From NCBI RefSeq assembly GCF_006345805.1, contig NC_043021.1, positions 27,900,001 to 27,964,000 on the forward strand: DNA of 64,000 bases, in the 5' to 3' direction. Below the pieces are notes generated by a model, which made no database searches, was not told the origin of the DNA, and saw only the letters and a program-made list of their open reading frames with translations. Source of the stretch: Octopus sinensis (lineage: Eukaryota). This document shows positions 26,114-42,168 of this stretch, one piece after another. A program made the position numbers and the translations under genes. Each line of letters opens with the position of its first letter. Within the stretch, counting starts at the first letter, position 1.

Positions 26114-27676
26114 CTAGCAGAATTGCCCGGCGTTGCTCGGGGCTGAATTGCTTGAAAGTACTGTTAATGATTGCACTGAATTATGATGATTATTCAGGCA
26201 AATATTGATATAAGTTTACGGTGGGAGATAAGGACTTAACGATCAAACGTGTGCCATTGCATTGTTTTGGGGGAACCAAATTTCTGATGAGCATTATAGG
26301 GGCACCGACTTTAAGTTTGAGAAAGTGTGGTGATAGTCCGGGATGCTCAAAGGAATTGAGTACCTCTATTGGATAGTTGATGACGTCCTCTGGGTCAGGA
26401 GTTGTATCGATAGACTGATATACATAGACTTCCCCAGGAATGAGTTTTAGCATTCCATCATTAATATGGTGAACAGTTTTATTCCTCGGGGACAGTATAG
26501 CCTTTTTGCCAATCCAATCCATATTCTGATAATTAGCTTGTAGATCTGGGAACACTGCATCTCTGAGATCAGAAGGCGTCTTAACAATGGTACAAATGGA
26601 ATCGATGGCAATATTACCATTTTCATCCCCTGGTATTTTGCCTTCGCCAAGTGCAAGGAGGGTGTGAGGAAATGCTGCTGATGTGATATTACGTCGCATA
26701 TGAGCACGCATATTGGTGTGAAGTTTGAGAGTTACTTCCCTTTATTAAAAAAAATATGCATTAAAATGGGAGAAAATGATGGTAAATTATTTGTAAAATC
26801 GTAGACTCATCGTAGACGCGCGCTAATACGCAGAAGGGCTCGATATGAATCACGACTATAAGATACCCGGTTTTGGTTAAACTGCATCGCAAAATGTGGG
26901 AGTAGTTAGGAATCTAAATCGGAGTAGACAGACACACAACCTTTCTTTTATATATAAATATTTTCGTCCTAAAAAACTTTGTGCGGAGTGAATGGTTACC
27001 TCTATGGAAATATATACACACACATTATACATACATCTGTGTATAGATGAATATATAAATACATTTAAATATCTACATACACTTTTGGGCGATCTTTCTG
27101 CTACTTGGATATACTTTAGGTCTTATATTCGTCCTAAAAAACTTTCCTGTCACACACTCACATACACGCACACACACACACACACACGCACCCTCACACA
27201 CGCACACGCACACACACACACACTCACACACACGCACACACACACACACGTTAGCTTACAATTTTATTTATATATTTGCGTGTCTATGTGTGTAAAGAGG
27301 AAGTGGGAATGCAGAGTGAAAGAGTCACTCACTACAAAAAGTGAATTACTTTCACTTTAATCGTTGCACACTTGCAAAGACAAAGGAGGAGAAATTAGGG
27401 TGATAGCGTCAGTGAAACAGTTCGCTCCGTTTGTGTGTGTGTGCGTGTGCGTGTGCTGTAGCCCACACTAAGAAGAGCATTTGACTTAGACACCACAATG
27501 TGAGTTTTCTCTAAATTTTGCTTAATTGGGGTTGAAATTTGAAAAACTGGACCTGGCACGACCCGATGCATTCTACTCTTAAAAATGCTAGGTAAATTGT
27601 AATTGAAGAAATCCTATATTGTAGATTTCTATAAGAGACAAAGGGAGGCAGATAAAATCTGCCTTTTATAATAAGA
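26114..27676 (-). mobile_element. Second internally deleted Helitron, joined head-to-tail to the first
   Basis: 3' hairpin CCCGGCGTTGCTCGGG plus CTAG at 26114-26117, and 5' TCTTATTATAAAAGGCAG at 27676, similar to the start at 26113. May itself be composite, with a further 5'-like segment ending near 26958. Confidence 0.7.
26190..26735 (-). pseudogene. Helitron PIF1 helicase fragment (different subfamily from 23545-24935)
   Basis: LLALGEGK, AILSPRNKTV..IN, YQSID, YPIEVLNS, LKLKVGAPIMLIRNL..KQCNGTRL. Confidence 0.9.
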
Positions 27677-28195
27677 GATATATATATATAATAAAATTAA
27701 TGATAAAATCACTTTGATGATTTTATCAAGTGGCCACTTGATAAAAACATCAGATTGATTTTCTCCTTGATTTTATAAAATATATATATTTGTTCCTCAT
27801 CAAAATTTTATTCACTGTGAATGTATTTTGATAATAAATGCACGTGATTGAAATGAGAAGAAAAATTAGATTCTTTACTAGTATGTATATATATATATAT
27901 GTACATATAAGTATATGGTCGAGCGGATATGTTTTTCGTTTGGGTATGTATAGGTATTTGCATCTACATACTGTGACATATTGTACTGATGACAGCATGG
28001 TGTTTTACAGCGCTAAGCTAGAGATCGATTTCCAGTTGATCTAAGAATCTTATTTATTTTCTCAGCTGCCTGCTTACAACCTGCGCTAGTAGAGTATGGA
28101 AGTGTTTTTGAGCGCTATTTGGCGTCTATTTCTAGCGTGTTGGTGGGGTTTATCCGCACCCTTTAATATAATTATTTTAAATAATTATGAATTAT

Positions 28196-28248
<53 letters not shown>

Positions 28249-28253
<5 letters not shown>

Positions 28254-28570
28254 TCACCATCAAAATACAGGAACAGATACTGCAACAGCTTGGGTTTCAG
28301 AGGACCACAGCTCTTCAATATCCTTCCTAAATGCCTGAGAGACCTGCATGGTGTGGATGCGGGTTTCTTTAAAACTAAACTGGATCTCTTCTTGTCAGGG
28401 GTCCCAGATGAACCTACCTCTCGGCAGGAAACACAGATGCGAGCAGCGGCATCGATCTCCCTTGTTGATCAAATGCTACGTATCAGAGGTGGTTTCACAT
28501 ACTAGTGTAGCTCATTCAACGGTGGTGACCCAACATGGCCGCAGCCTTCCTGCTGAAACATTTTTAAGTA
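28249..28570 (+). mobile_element. CR1-group LINE 3' fragment between (TA)n tracts
   Basis: NSLGFRGPQLFNILPKCLR..FKTKLDLFLSGVPDEP..RAAAS.SL.DQ, a typical CR1-like ORF2 C-terminus. Confidence 0.7.
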
Positions 28571-28596
28571 TTCATATATATATATATATATATATA

Positions 28597-30210
28597 TAGT
28601 TGCGGCCAAAATGTTCAGAAGGCATTGTTTTCGTCAGAAAAGTAGGTATAAGTTTTTATCAAAGTTGTTTTATATTCTATAATTTTCACAGACAATAAAT
28701 ACGATATTATTTGTTATTGTCTGAGATTTTGGTGTAATTTGAGAGGATAATAAAAAAAGTTATGCATGATTTAGTGATTTACTGCAAAACCCATGGCGGC
28801 CAAAATTATCAGAACGGTTGCTTTTATTCCATGTTTTAGTATATTTAACCGGCGAACTCTAATGTTTTGAATTTGTTTACGTGACAGTTCGTTTACTAAA
28901 CATTAGTAAGAATATTTGCAGTGTACTTTGTTAATATAAAGCCACTTACTCCGTTACTAATTCGTCAGCAGATTATTAAGCTACGAAAGAAGGATAATTT
29001 AAGAATTAGGTCTATTGAAAAGATTGTTAACAAGTCAAAAAGTGTTGTTCACGGTATTCTTAAGGTCTACGATGATTGTGGTTCGTGTGAAGCAAGAAAG
29101 TCTAAAGGTAGGCCAAGAAAAACGACCAAGAGAGAAGATCGTGCTATGGTAAAGTTGGTTAAAAAGGACAGATTTAAAACTGCTTCTGCTGTTTTTCGGG
29201 AAATGAGCATTGTACTGAAGAAAACTTTATCTCGAAAAACTGTGTCTCGTCCTTTAGTTGAACATGACCTACAAGCAAGAGCACCTGCAGTGAAGCCACT
29301 GATCAGCTCCAAGAATAAAAAGAGTCGTCTTAACTTTGCAACCGAACATGTGTTGTGGTCTCAAGAAAAATGGCAAACGGTGCATTTCAGTGATGAATCT
29401 AAGTCTATGTTATTTGGCTCAGATGGGAAAAGGTACGTTCGTCGAAAAGCAGGTGAAAAATTGTCACCTAAATGCCTTAAGACTAGTGTTAAATTCGGTA
29501 GAGGAAGTGTCATGGTTTGGGGGATGATATCTGGAGATGTTGTGGGCCCTTTGCTGCGATTACATGGAAAGGTAAAAGCAGGAGTTTATAAACAACTTGT
29601 AAAAGATCATGTCTTTCCTGTGCTGAGAAATTCAACTAAGTGACCGCCCATATTCATGCAGGACAATGCCCCATGTCACAAGGCTAAGGTGGTCATGAAC
29701 TTCCTCAAGGCTGAAAAGGTTATTGTTATGGATTGGCCTGCTCAAAGCCCAGACCTCAATCCTATTGAAAATGTGTGGAATATTCTAGGAGAACGTTTGA
29801 AACAACTGAGCAATTATGGAATGCCCTTCAGGAAGAATGGAATAAGATCACCCAGCAAGAAATTGAAAATTTAATTTCCCCATGCAGTCGAAAATGTCAA
29901 ACTTTGATTGAAGCTAAAGGACTTCACGCTAAATATGAAATAATTCCGGCATTCTCTGTCACTTTTTGATTATTTTGTTATTTTTTCAACCGTTCTGATC
30001 ATTTTGGCCACCATGGGTTTTGCATTAAATCACTATATCATACATAACTTTTGTATTATCCACTCAAATTACACCAAAATCTCAGAAAATACCAATTAAT
30101 ATCGTATTTATTGTCTGTGAAAATTATAGAATACAAAACAACTTTAATAAAAACTTATACCTACTTTTCAGACGAAAACAATGCCATTCTGAACATTTTG
30201 GCCACAACAG
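28597..30210 (+). mobile_element. Tc1-family DNA transposon, full length (about 1.6 kb)
   Basis: About 225-bp TIRs (28597-28822 and 29987-30210) with inner and outer GGCCAAAAT..TCAGAA direct repeats (IR/DR type), and TA on both flanks. Confidence 0.95.
28937..29940 (+). pseudogene. Tc1 transposase, DD34E
   Basis: GRPRKT, FSDE, QDNAPCH and WPAQSPDLNPIE, with 34 residues between D and E. Probable ATG>ATA start, in-frame TGA at 29641 and a frameshift near 29795. Confidence 0.95.
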
Positions 30211-30351
30211 TATATATTATAAACAGTTGCAGCGTGGAAAGTGTTTATAAGCCATTTAAGAAACACGCAAAAACCGTTAGATTCACTTCCACTTTTAAAT
30301 TTTATTTGCCAAAATATTTTCGTCGCTTTGAGACCGCGACTTGTTCACAGA

Positions 30352-30458
30352 CAAAGTTCTGTGCTTCACGGTAATTTTGTCAGTGAACAGATCGCGGTCT
30401 CAAACAGGTTCCAGCACACGAACTCAGATCAGGTCACTTGCTATGCAAGTACTTCTCC

Positions 30459-30530
<72 letters not shown>

Positions 30531-31236
30531 TATACATATACATATACATTTATATTTAAATATATTAGCTATTCCTTCTACTTTAAAGGGAGTTCCCAGA
30601 AAAACCAAAGCACTTGAAAACAAATCACGCAGGCAAAAGGGAAAAAACGACGAAAATCATTCTATATTAGGTTACTCACGGACGTACGTTTCGGAATTAA
30701 GTCAGTATAAAGCATAACTAATAAATAATTAAACCTTACCAAGTGCTTTGGTTTTTTCTGGGAACTCCCTTTAAAGTAGAAGGAATAGCTAAGATTTTTT
30801 GACTGCTATTTCTAAACTTCGGTATGTGGTGAAGCAAATCGTTGCTGAACCCTAATTATAAAGTATTACTTAAACTTACCATGAAATAGTCCTTTTTTCA
30901 TGCCGAATTCTACTTGGTGAAATTACTGATTACTTCTTAATTAATTAATTTCACCCTTTGTTATTATATATATATATACATATACATATACATTTATATT
31001 TACATATATGTATGTATATGTGTGTGCGTGCGAGTGAGTGCGTGTGTATATATATATATGCGTGTGAGTGTGTGAGTGTGTGTGTGTGTGCACGCACGCA
31101 TAATGGCTGTCAGCTCATTTCTCCTTAAACAAAGTTCTGTGCTTCACGGAATTTTGTCAGTGAACAGATCGCGGCCTCAAACAGGTTCCAGCACACGAAC
31201 TCAGATCAGGTCACTTGCTATGCAAGTACATCTCTG

Positions 31237-31301
<65 letters not shown>

Positions 31302-31460
31302 TATACATATACATATACATTTATATTTACATATATGTATGTAAATGTGTGTGCGTGCGAGCGAGTGTGTGTGTATATATATGCGTGTGCGTGTGTGCGT
31401 GTGTATGTGTGTGTGCACGCACGCACGCATAATGGCTGTCAGCTCATTTCTCCTTAAACA
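30352..31460 (+). repeat. About 330-bp imperfect tandem units built around microsatellites
   Basis: 30352-30452 recurs at 31130-31236, and 30975-31129 recurs at 31299-31460. Confidence 0.75.
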
Positions 31461-32139
31461 GTATTGATTGTATCGCTATAAGTGCGAAACTATTTAAGCA
31501 TCGACTTCGTCAACGCAAGTATGCATTTAAACCTTTACACGAAGATAAGCAGAATAATAAACACCACAAATCCGTTCGGGAAATAAAGTCGGGTATTTCA
31601 TAAAATGATAACCAAATCTTAAACAATCGAATGATTAATATAGTTTTATAGATTTAGCATCCTCGAAAACATGCTGAGCTTGAAATATCAAAAGAAAATA
31701 TTAACGCATACTATACGCGTAATGTCATCAATCATCCAGAAGCAAATATGCTTCGTGAAAACGTATAAAAAATACAAATACCTGTGGTCATGACGTCTAA
31801 TAGAAGCAGTGTTTCGATTTCAGGTGTATTTTTGTTTAATGCTATATTTTTGTACTTCACTAGAAATAGCTTCATTGACGTAAATCCTTTAATATATTTC
31901 TAACTATCTACATATAAACCTTAAGGATATTCTGACGGAGAGACATAAGGAGATCTCAATTGGAGAAGTATTTCTTTTACATATATATTTATTTATGGAA
32001 CATGAGTTTTGTGAATGATAAAGTTAGAGTGACCTCGTGCATTGAATGTATGTATTTAAAAGCAGTCATGGTACAAACTCAGCAGACATTTTGAACCAGA
32101 CAATGTAATGTGTGTGTGTGTGTGTTTCTGTGGACATAT

Positions 32140-32490
32140 ACTATTTTACTCTTTTACTCTTTTAATTGTTTCAGTCATTTGATTGTGGCCATGCTGGAGC
32201 ACTGCCTTTAATCGAGCAAATCGACCCTAGGACTTATTCTTTGTAAGCCTAGTACTTATTCTATCGGTCTCTTTTGCCGAACCGCTAAGTTACGGGGGTG
32301 TAAACACTTCACCATCGGTTGTCAATTAATGTTGAGGGATAAATACAGGCACACAAACAAATACACACGCATACATACATATATATATACATATATACGA
32401 CGGGCTTCTCTCAGTTTCCGTCTGCCAAATCCAATCAAAAGGCTTTGGTCGGCCCGAGGCTATAGTAGAAGACACTTGCCCACGGTACCA
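32140..32490 (-). mobile_element. Long SINE, head truncated, with an internal (TG)n
   Basis: Minus-strand body GGTAGACGGAAACTGAGAGAAGCCCGTCG and tail CCGATAGAATAAGTACTAGG..GTCGATTTGCTCG..GTAAAAGAGTAAAA. Confidence 0.7.
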
Positions 32491-33148
32491 CACAGCCACT
32501 CCTACGCCTATATGTTTATGTTAACGTATGTATGCGTGTATTCACGTCCACATACACATGTGTATACACTTATGCTCACACATATGGTACAGGATGAAAG
32601 CAAAACACACTTGCGTATACGTAAACACTTCCTTACATTAATCAGCTCGTATACATACATCCCGTAACATTCATTTAAATACGCGCACAAAGTTAATAGT
32701 TAAATCGGGAATATAGACACGAACTCTTCAAAGTATTTCTACCCAGTGATGTTTCAATACGAGAAAAGAAATAATTAGCAGACAGATACAAAACAGAAAC
32801 ATCGCAGCCAAGAGAGACACAGGTCGAACAAATGAAACAAATCAGACAAAGAGAAGCAATCATTTATTATCTTTTGTGTCTTACGGTTCAAAGGTGCAAC
32901 ACAAGTCGAGCGATTATGAAACCTGTCAGGGTAAAACATGTCTTCGCCAAGTTAACAGATGTAATCTAATGGACGATTTTACATGTTTGCGTGTATGTGC
33001 GTGTGTGTGCGTGTGTGTGTGTGTGTGTGTGAATATCTATACACAACACATTACCCTTCGTACATGTGTGTCAGTGTATATCTATCTATATACATATGCA
33101 TGTATGCATATGTATATATATAATATATATATATTATATATATTATAT

Positions 33149-33212
<64 letters not shown>

Positions 33213-33213
<1 letters not shown>

Positions 33214-33385
33214 GGTAGGTAGAATTCACAAAAAAATAACAAAAGACGAAGGCAGGTGGTGTAGACAACAAATACATGAATTAGTTTAACGCTCGGGAAG
33301 TGAAAAAGTCTTTAAAGTTTCGACCCTACACTCCTCCGCAGAAAGGAACACAGAAAGAAACAGGCAGAGAAAATAAAGAATGTGT
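33213..33385 (-). mobile_element. Solo PLE pseudo-LTR 3' end with a decayed hammerhead variant (33309-33345)
   Basis: Reverse complement aligns with 41390-41550. Confidence 0.75.
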
Positions 33386-33447
33386 ACACACACACACACA
33401 CACACTCACTCACTCACAGACACGCACACACACACACACACACACAC

Positions 33448-33650
33448 ATATAATTTAGAGAAAAACCTCTCTTAATTCAATAAAGAAAGATGTTATTCAC
33501 ACCGTATATAAACCATATACTATAAAAACCTTATTCTAAAAATCAAATTGATTTTTAGAATAAGGTTTTTATAGTATATGGTTTATATACGGTGTGAATA
33601 GCATCTTTCTTTATTGAATTGTTTAAGAGAGGTTTTTCTCTAAATTATAT
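33448..33650. repeat. About 200-bp palindrome with a 1-nt centre (33547)
   Basis: Arms differ by one substitution and a 4-bp indel. Confidence 0.95.
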
Positions 33651-34011
33651 GCATTATATACATATATTGTGAAATTTGATTTAAAATTGCTAAATTGAAT
33701 TTTTCCCTGTAAGTTTTTGAATTATATTCCCTCCTATTATTATTATTATTATTATACATGCACACACACGCACACACACACACACACACACACATATTTA
33801 CTTAGAAATAAACCCCCCACACACGCACGCACGTACGTACATACATACACACACTCATATGATGTATGTGTGCATCTATGTATTCCTTTATATACCCCCC
33901 ACCCATTCATATATTTGTTTACGTAACCCTTTTGAAAACCGATAAGGATATATTACTTGTGTTAAACGAAAACTGTTGACATTATTCCAAACTATTCCAG
34001 ACACATGTTAA

Positions 34012-34057
<46 letters not shown>

Positions 34058-34466
34058 TGAAAATATTAAAGAAATAACAAAAAACATTACATTTTAAATG
34101 TCAGCCTATTATACGTAGAAGTTTTATTGTTAAACATTCCCCTATATAACAACACGAGGCAATGACTTAGATATGTACTTTAAGACTTCGCCATCGTGGC
34201 AGTCGTTTAACGGCGATGTGATAAGGCATGGACGTTTTAACAAACTCACTAAGCCTACCCGAGTGACGCAGATCGAACAGTTTACTTCTGATTTATGATC
34301 GTTTGATCTGCAGCCAGTGTCGATATAACAGTTGATTTTACGTTAGGAAATTGCTGCTCATTTCATCACGTTCTTGGGTTCTTTAATAGGAGTTTCTCAA
34401 TGCATTTACCATTTGCCTTTCATCGTTTTTCATATTGATATTAAATATGGTTTTGCCTTGTTGCTT

Positions 34467-37688
<3,222 letters not shown>

Positions 37689-37839
37689 CATTTTACTTTT
37701 TAATGTCATTGCCCTTGTGTTACCATAATCGTGTACATACATGTGTACATTTCTATGAATGTGCATATGTCTGTATACGTTTATCTGTATATCTGTCTGA
37801 GTCGATGATCAACTATCTATTTATCTATCTATATATCTA

Positions 37840-37887
<48 letters not shown>

Positions 37888-38239
37888 CCGTCTATTCGTC
37901 TTCCTGGATAGATAGACAGATAACATCAAGAACAATTAACACGTAGTGAGAAATATGCAAATCAACTCAACTTTATATCTATCAACATGCTTTTGTAAAC
38001 GCTAAAAGACATGACAAATTCCTATATTTACAACATGACCTAAATTTGACACACCTAATCAACAAGCCTAATGCTTGAATGATAATTTCTACATTCCTAA
38101 AGCATTTTTCGTAAACCCTTGAAAGCTCCATGACCTAAACGCTTAAACATATTAAAATTTTTTCGAACACATAGATAGGTCATAAAATAATCACGCCGTA
38201 AAGCAAAACCTAGCAAACGGTTCAACAGAAAAAAATCAT

Positions 38240-40594
38240 GTATCGGTGACTAGAAATACGAAAAAGCCTCAAAAGAAATTTGTATATGTAAAAATCAATA
38301 ACACACACGTAGAATTACAGTTGAATACAAGCAGTGATATCTCGATAATTAACACAGATACATGGAAAAAATTAGGAGACCTAGTTTAAAAGAAACTTCA
38401 ATAATACGTGGTGTTTCAGGAAAAAAATTACATTTTAAGGGCGAAATGTTAAGTGACGTTATATTTCATGGTAAAAGGTTAAAAGTCAAAGCTTTTGTGT
38501 TGAATAATTCGACAAATTTATTCATAATAGACTGGATGGAATTATTTAAATTATGAGAGCTCACCGTATATCTTTTCTGTAAAAATGTGAAAGGCTTTTC
38601 CGCTAGCAGAAATAAGTCCTCAGACGGATTGAAAATGATTACAAAAAGATTTTCCCTGAAGTTCTGTCTGATGAAGTAAGTCTGTGCACCCAATCAAAGG
38701 CGAAGTTTCAAATAAAATACCATACCGGTATTTTAAACCAAATCGGAAAGTACCCTTCGCAGCGTTAGAGCAGATACAGTTAGATTTAGAGGGATTAGAA
38801 AATATCGGGGTTATCCAAAAAAGTAGAATATAGTTTTGTGGGTATCACCAACTGTATACATTAATAAAAGAATAATAAAACCAGGGTGTGTGCTGATTCT
38901 TTCACTGGTTTAAATGTCTTAAAATGTTCCACTATTTGATACCTACTCCGGAGGACATATTTGCAAAATTGAAGGGTGGCAAGATATTTTCTGAATTGAA
39001 ACTCTCTGACGCATACCTACAAATTAATGTAGAGTAGACGACGATGACTGCTCTAAATAACAAATAATTAACACGCATAAAAGACTAAAAGACTGTATAA
39101 ATACAGCACATTACCACTTGTCTAAAAAGTTGTACCGGCGATTTTGCAACAGACTATGGATGCAATGTTAGCGGACTGTGAATTCGCAATTCCATGATAG
39201 GGCGATATACGCATTAAAAGCGAATCCTTGAGCGAACACGTAAAGCACATAAAATATGTGTTCGAAAAATTAGGGATTACGGCTTTACTCTAAGTGACGA
39301 AAATGGAATTTTTGTAACCGAAAATAAAATATTTAGGACAAATCATTGACAGGACGTCGACCAGATCCGTCGAGGGCAGACGCAATTAAAAATATACCTT
39401 CTCCGACAAATACAGCGGCTTTTGGGGGGACTGGCAAATTATTACCAAAATTATATTCCAAAAATACACAAGGAAAGAGTTCCATTAAATAATCTATTAA
39501 AAAAAGATGTAAAGTGGAATTAGTCTGAGAATTGTCAGAAGGCATTTGACGAACTAAAAAATATTAACATCTGATTTGTCGTTAAGACACTTCGATCCTG
39601 CGGTGGATATTGTAGTAGCTCAGAAGCCTCTGAGTACGGTATAGGAGCAGTAATGCTACATAAATATAAAGATGGTAGCACGAAGGTAGTGGTTCATGCC
39701 TTAAGTTCTCTGATATCAGCAGAAAAAAATTACAGCCAAATCAAAAAAGAGAATCTACCGATTACTTTTGTCGTAAAAAAAATTCATAGTTTTACACGAT
39801 AGATGTTTTCGATTACAGACTAATTATCGTCCTTTATTATCCATAAATGGGTCGAAGAAAGGAATCCCTATCCATACTACTTATACATTGCAACGCTGGT
39901 GTACCATATTATTAAACTATGATTTTAAGATGGCGTGTATACCAACTAAGAAATTAGGACACGCTAGTTGTTTATCAAGACTAATTTGAAAAAATGCTGA
40001 ATCATTTGAAGATACCGTGATTGCTGCGTTGTGAGGGGAAAATGAAATTAAAAATATCTTGTGACGTCATATATGAACTGCTAGTCTCACATTGCAAGAC
40101 ATAAAATTAAAATCAGAAAACAATAAATTCATTGAAAAATATAAGAAATTCTGAAGGCTGAAGGAGATAAAAATATACCCAACATATATTCGAACCCATT
40201 CTCAATGTGTGACAATATGTTGATGTACACACAAAGAGTCGTAATGCCAGCCATACTACAGAAGCTATTACTAAAGGAATTTCACATTCATCAACCAGGG
40301 ATTTCGAGAATGGAATCGGTAATGAGAAGTTACGTATATTGGCCAACAGTGGACCGTGACATTGAAGAGCTAGCGAAAGAATGTAGAAGGGGTCCTCTAG
40401 CTGCAAAAGTACCTACCACTAAATGAAACCGTAGCCTATTATTCCATGGTCCAAACTACATGTGCTATCACCGGAAAACGGAAAAGAATGGAAATACTAG
40501 AATCGAACGCTAAGCGTAAGAGATATCAAAACTGAGCGGAGTTTAATTCTCAAAAATGGAGAAGTTAGGTGAGACTAATTCTAAAAGAGGAAGA
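38240..40594 (+). mobile_element. Heavily decayed Ty3/Gypsy LTR retrotransposon pol
   Basis: Remnants in PR-RT-RH-IN order: LQLNTSSDISII, RVCAD, IFAKLKGGKIFS..LSDAYLQI, ASEYGIGAV, AEKNYSQIKKE and HQPGISRMESVMRSYVYWP. Possible polypurine tract at 40583-40594 before TG. Confidence 0.85.
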
Positions 40595-40855
40595 TGTGGA
40601 AGGATTCCGATCACCCTCAAGTGACTAAAAGTGGACTGACACATTGTTATAAAATAAAGTACTGTGAGCAATTTGGAATTAGCAGTTCACTGTGAGCCAT
40701 TGCCAGAAAGCGTTGAGTCTCGTATAACAGTAATGGTATGACTTGGCGTGAATACTTTCCAACATGAGGATATAAACCTAACATTCAACAAAACTCTAAG
40801 AAATTTTAACTTAACAAAAAGTTATATAAAGCGAGGGTGAACTTAAAAGTATCAC

Positions 40856-40896
40856 GGTCTGATGATGGTTTAGCAGATCGAAACTTGGCAGTCACT
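40856..40896 (+). ncRNA. Small hammerhead-like variant
   Basis: GGT-CTGATGA-T-GGTTT-AGC-AGATC-GAAAC-TTGGCA-GTC-ACT, with a short stem I. Confidence 0.45.
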
Positions 40897-41419
40897 AGTA
40901 ATATTATTCTTATTAAAGAATTATGTGTGTGTATGAGTGCATCTCTATGTCTGTTATATATATACATATAACAGATGTAATAAACACACACACACAAATA
41001 TATATATGCGTGTGTGTGTGTGTGTGTGTGTGTATTTTCTCTCACACACACACACACACACACCTATACATACCAATACGTACTAATACATACTAATACA
41101 TACTAATACATACACCAACCCCATACATACGCACGTCCAGACCAATCTTACGCACTAATACTCTCTCATACACACACACACACCCTTATACATACTAATA
41201 CATACACCAACCCTATACATACACACATCCAGACCCCTCCCATGCACTTTTAGCTGGTCCCTCAACCCTTTTATCAACCCTATTATCTCCCCTTACTTCG
41301 CTCTCGCGTCTCATGTTTGATCTTTGACCTCTGGCCGAAATCAGATCGCCATGTTGATTCGTTAGCTACTGCACGCATTTTTTTCTCTCCTTCTTTCTGT
41401 GTTTTTCTCTCTCTGTGTA

Positions 41420-41457
41420 TCTTTCTGTTGAAGAGCGTAGGCTCGAAACGTTAAAGA
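41420..41457 (+). ncRNA. Minimal PLE hammerhead variant in the 5' pseudo-LTR (identical copy at 45872-45909)
   Basis: TCTTT-CTGTTGA-A-GAGC-GTAG-GCTC-GAA-ACGT-T-AAAGA. Confidence 0.6.
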
Positions 41458-42168
41458 CTTGTTTTATTTATATTTCCTGAGCGCCATACTAATACAATTG
41501 TTCGTTGTTTTCCACCTGCCTTCGTCTTTTGTTTATTTTCATAAAGCTTCCCGTTATATATATGCGCTCACGTGGTCTCACTTTCATCCTATATTCTACC
41601 AATACCACTATCAACACTTACCTCTACCTGGGATTCTTTACCTCTTGGATACTTACCATTGGCTGCACCTCTCTTTCGCGGATCAAAGTGACTTTGCATT
41701 GATGCGAAATCCTTAAAAAATATACCACGACGTCTACACATTTCTCACCTTGAACTTTCAACCTTGAACTTGTTCGCATAAACTGTCCCGTTTGTTGTAT
41801 TTTTATTCCTCTTATATTACCACTTTTTTACATTCATTTCATGCTTCCAACATTTCCTGAATTTTTGTTCTCCTTTCCGTCTTTCTTCCCTCTTGGATGT
41901 CCATACTCCGGTTTCCTCTGCCTGCACCCCCCTTTTTGCCTCCCCCTCTCTCTGCTTCCCTTCTTTCTTTCCCTTTTCCGTTTGCCCCGTCTTTTCTGCC
42001 CCTATCGCTTACTTATCTAGTTTTTTCATACGATTATTATTTTTTTGTTTTTTGAACGTTTGTTTTTTCCCATTTTTCGCTATCCTTTTTTTCTATTTTT
42101 TTCATACGATAATTTTTGTTTTTTGTTTTTTTTTGTTTTTCCGAACGTTTTTTTTCCGCTATCCCATC

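Noticed and set aside
40595-40800. 3' LTR of the Gypsy element
   Set aside because: The PPT plus TG is suggestive, but no matching 5' LTR was found upstream, so the LTR cannot be delimited.
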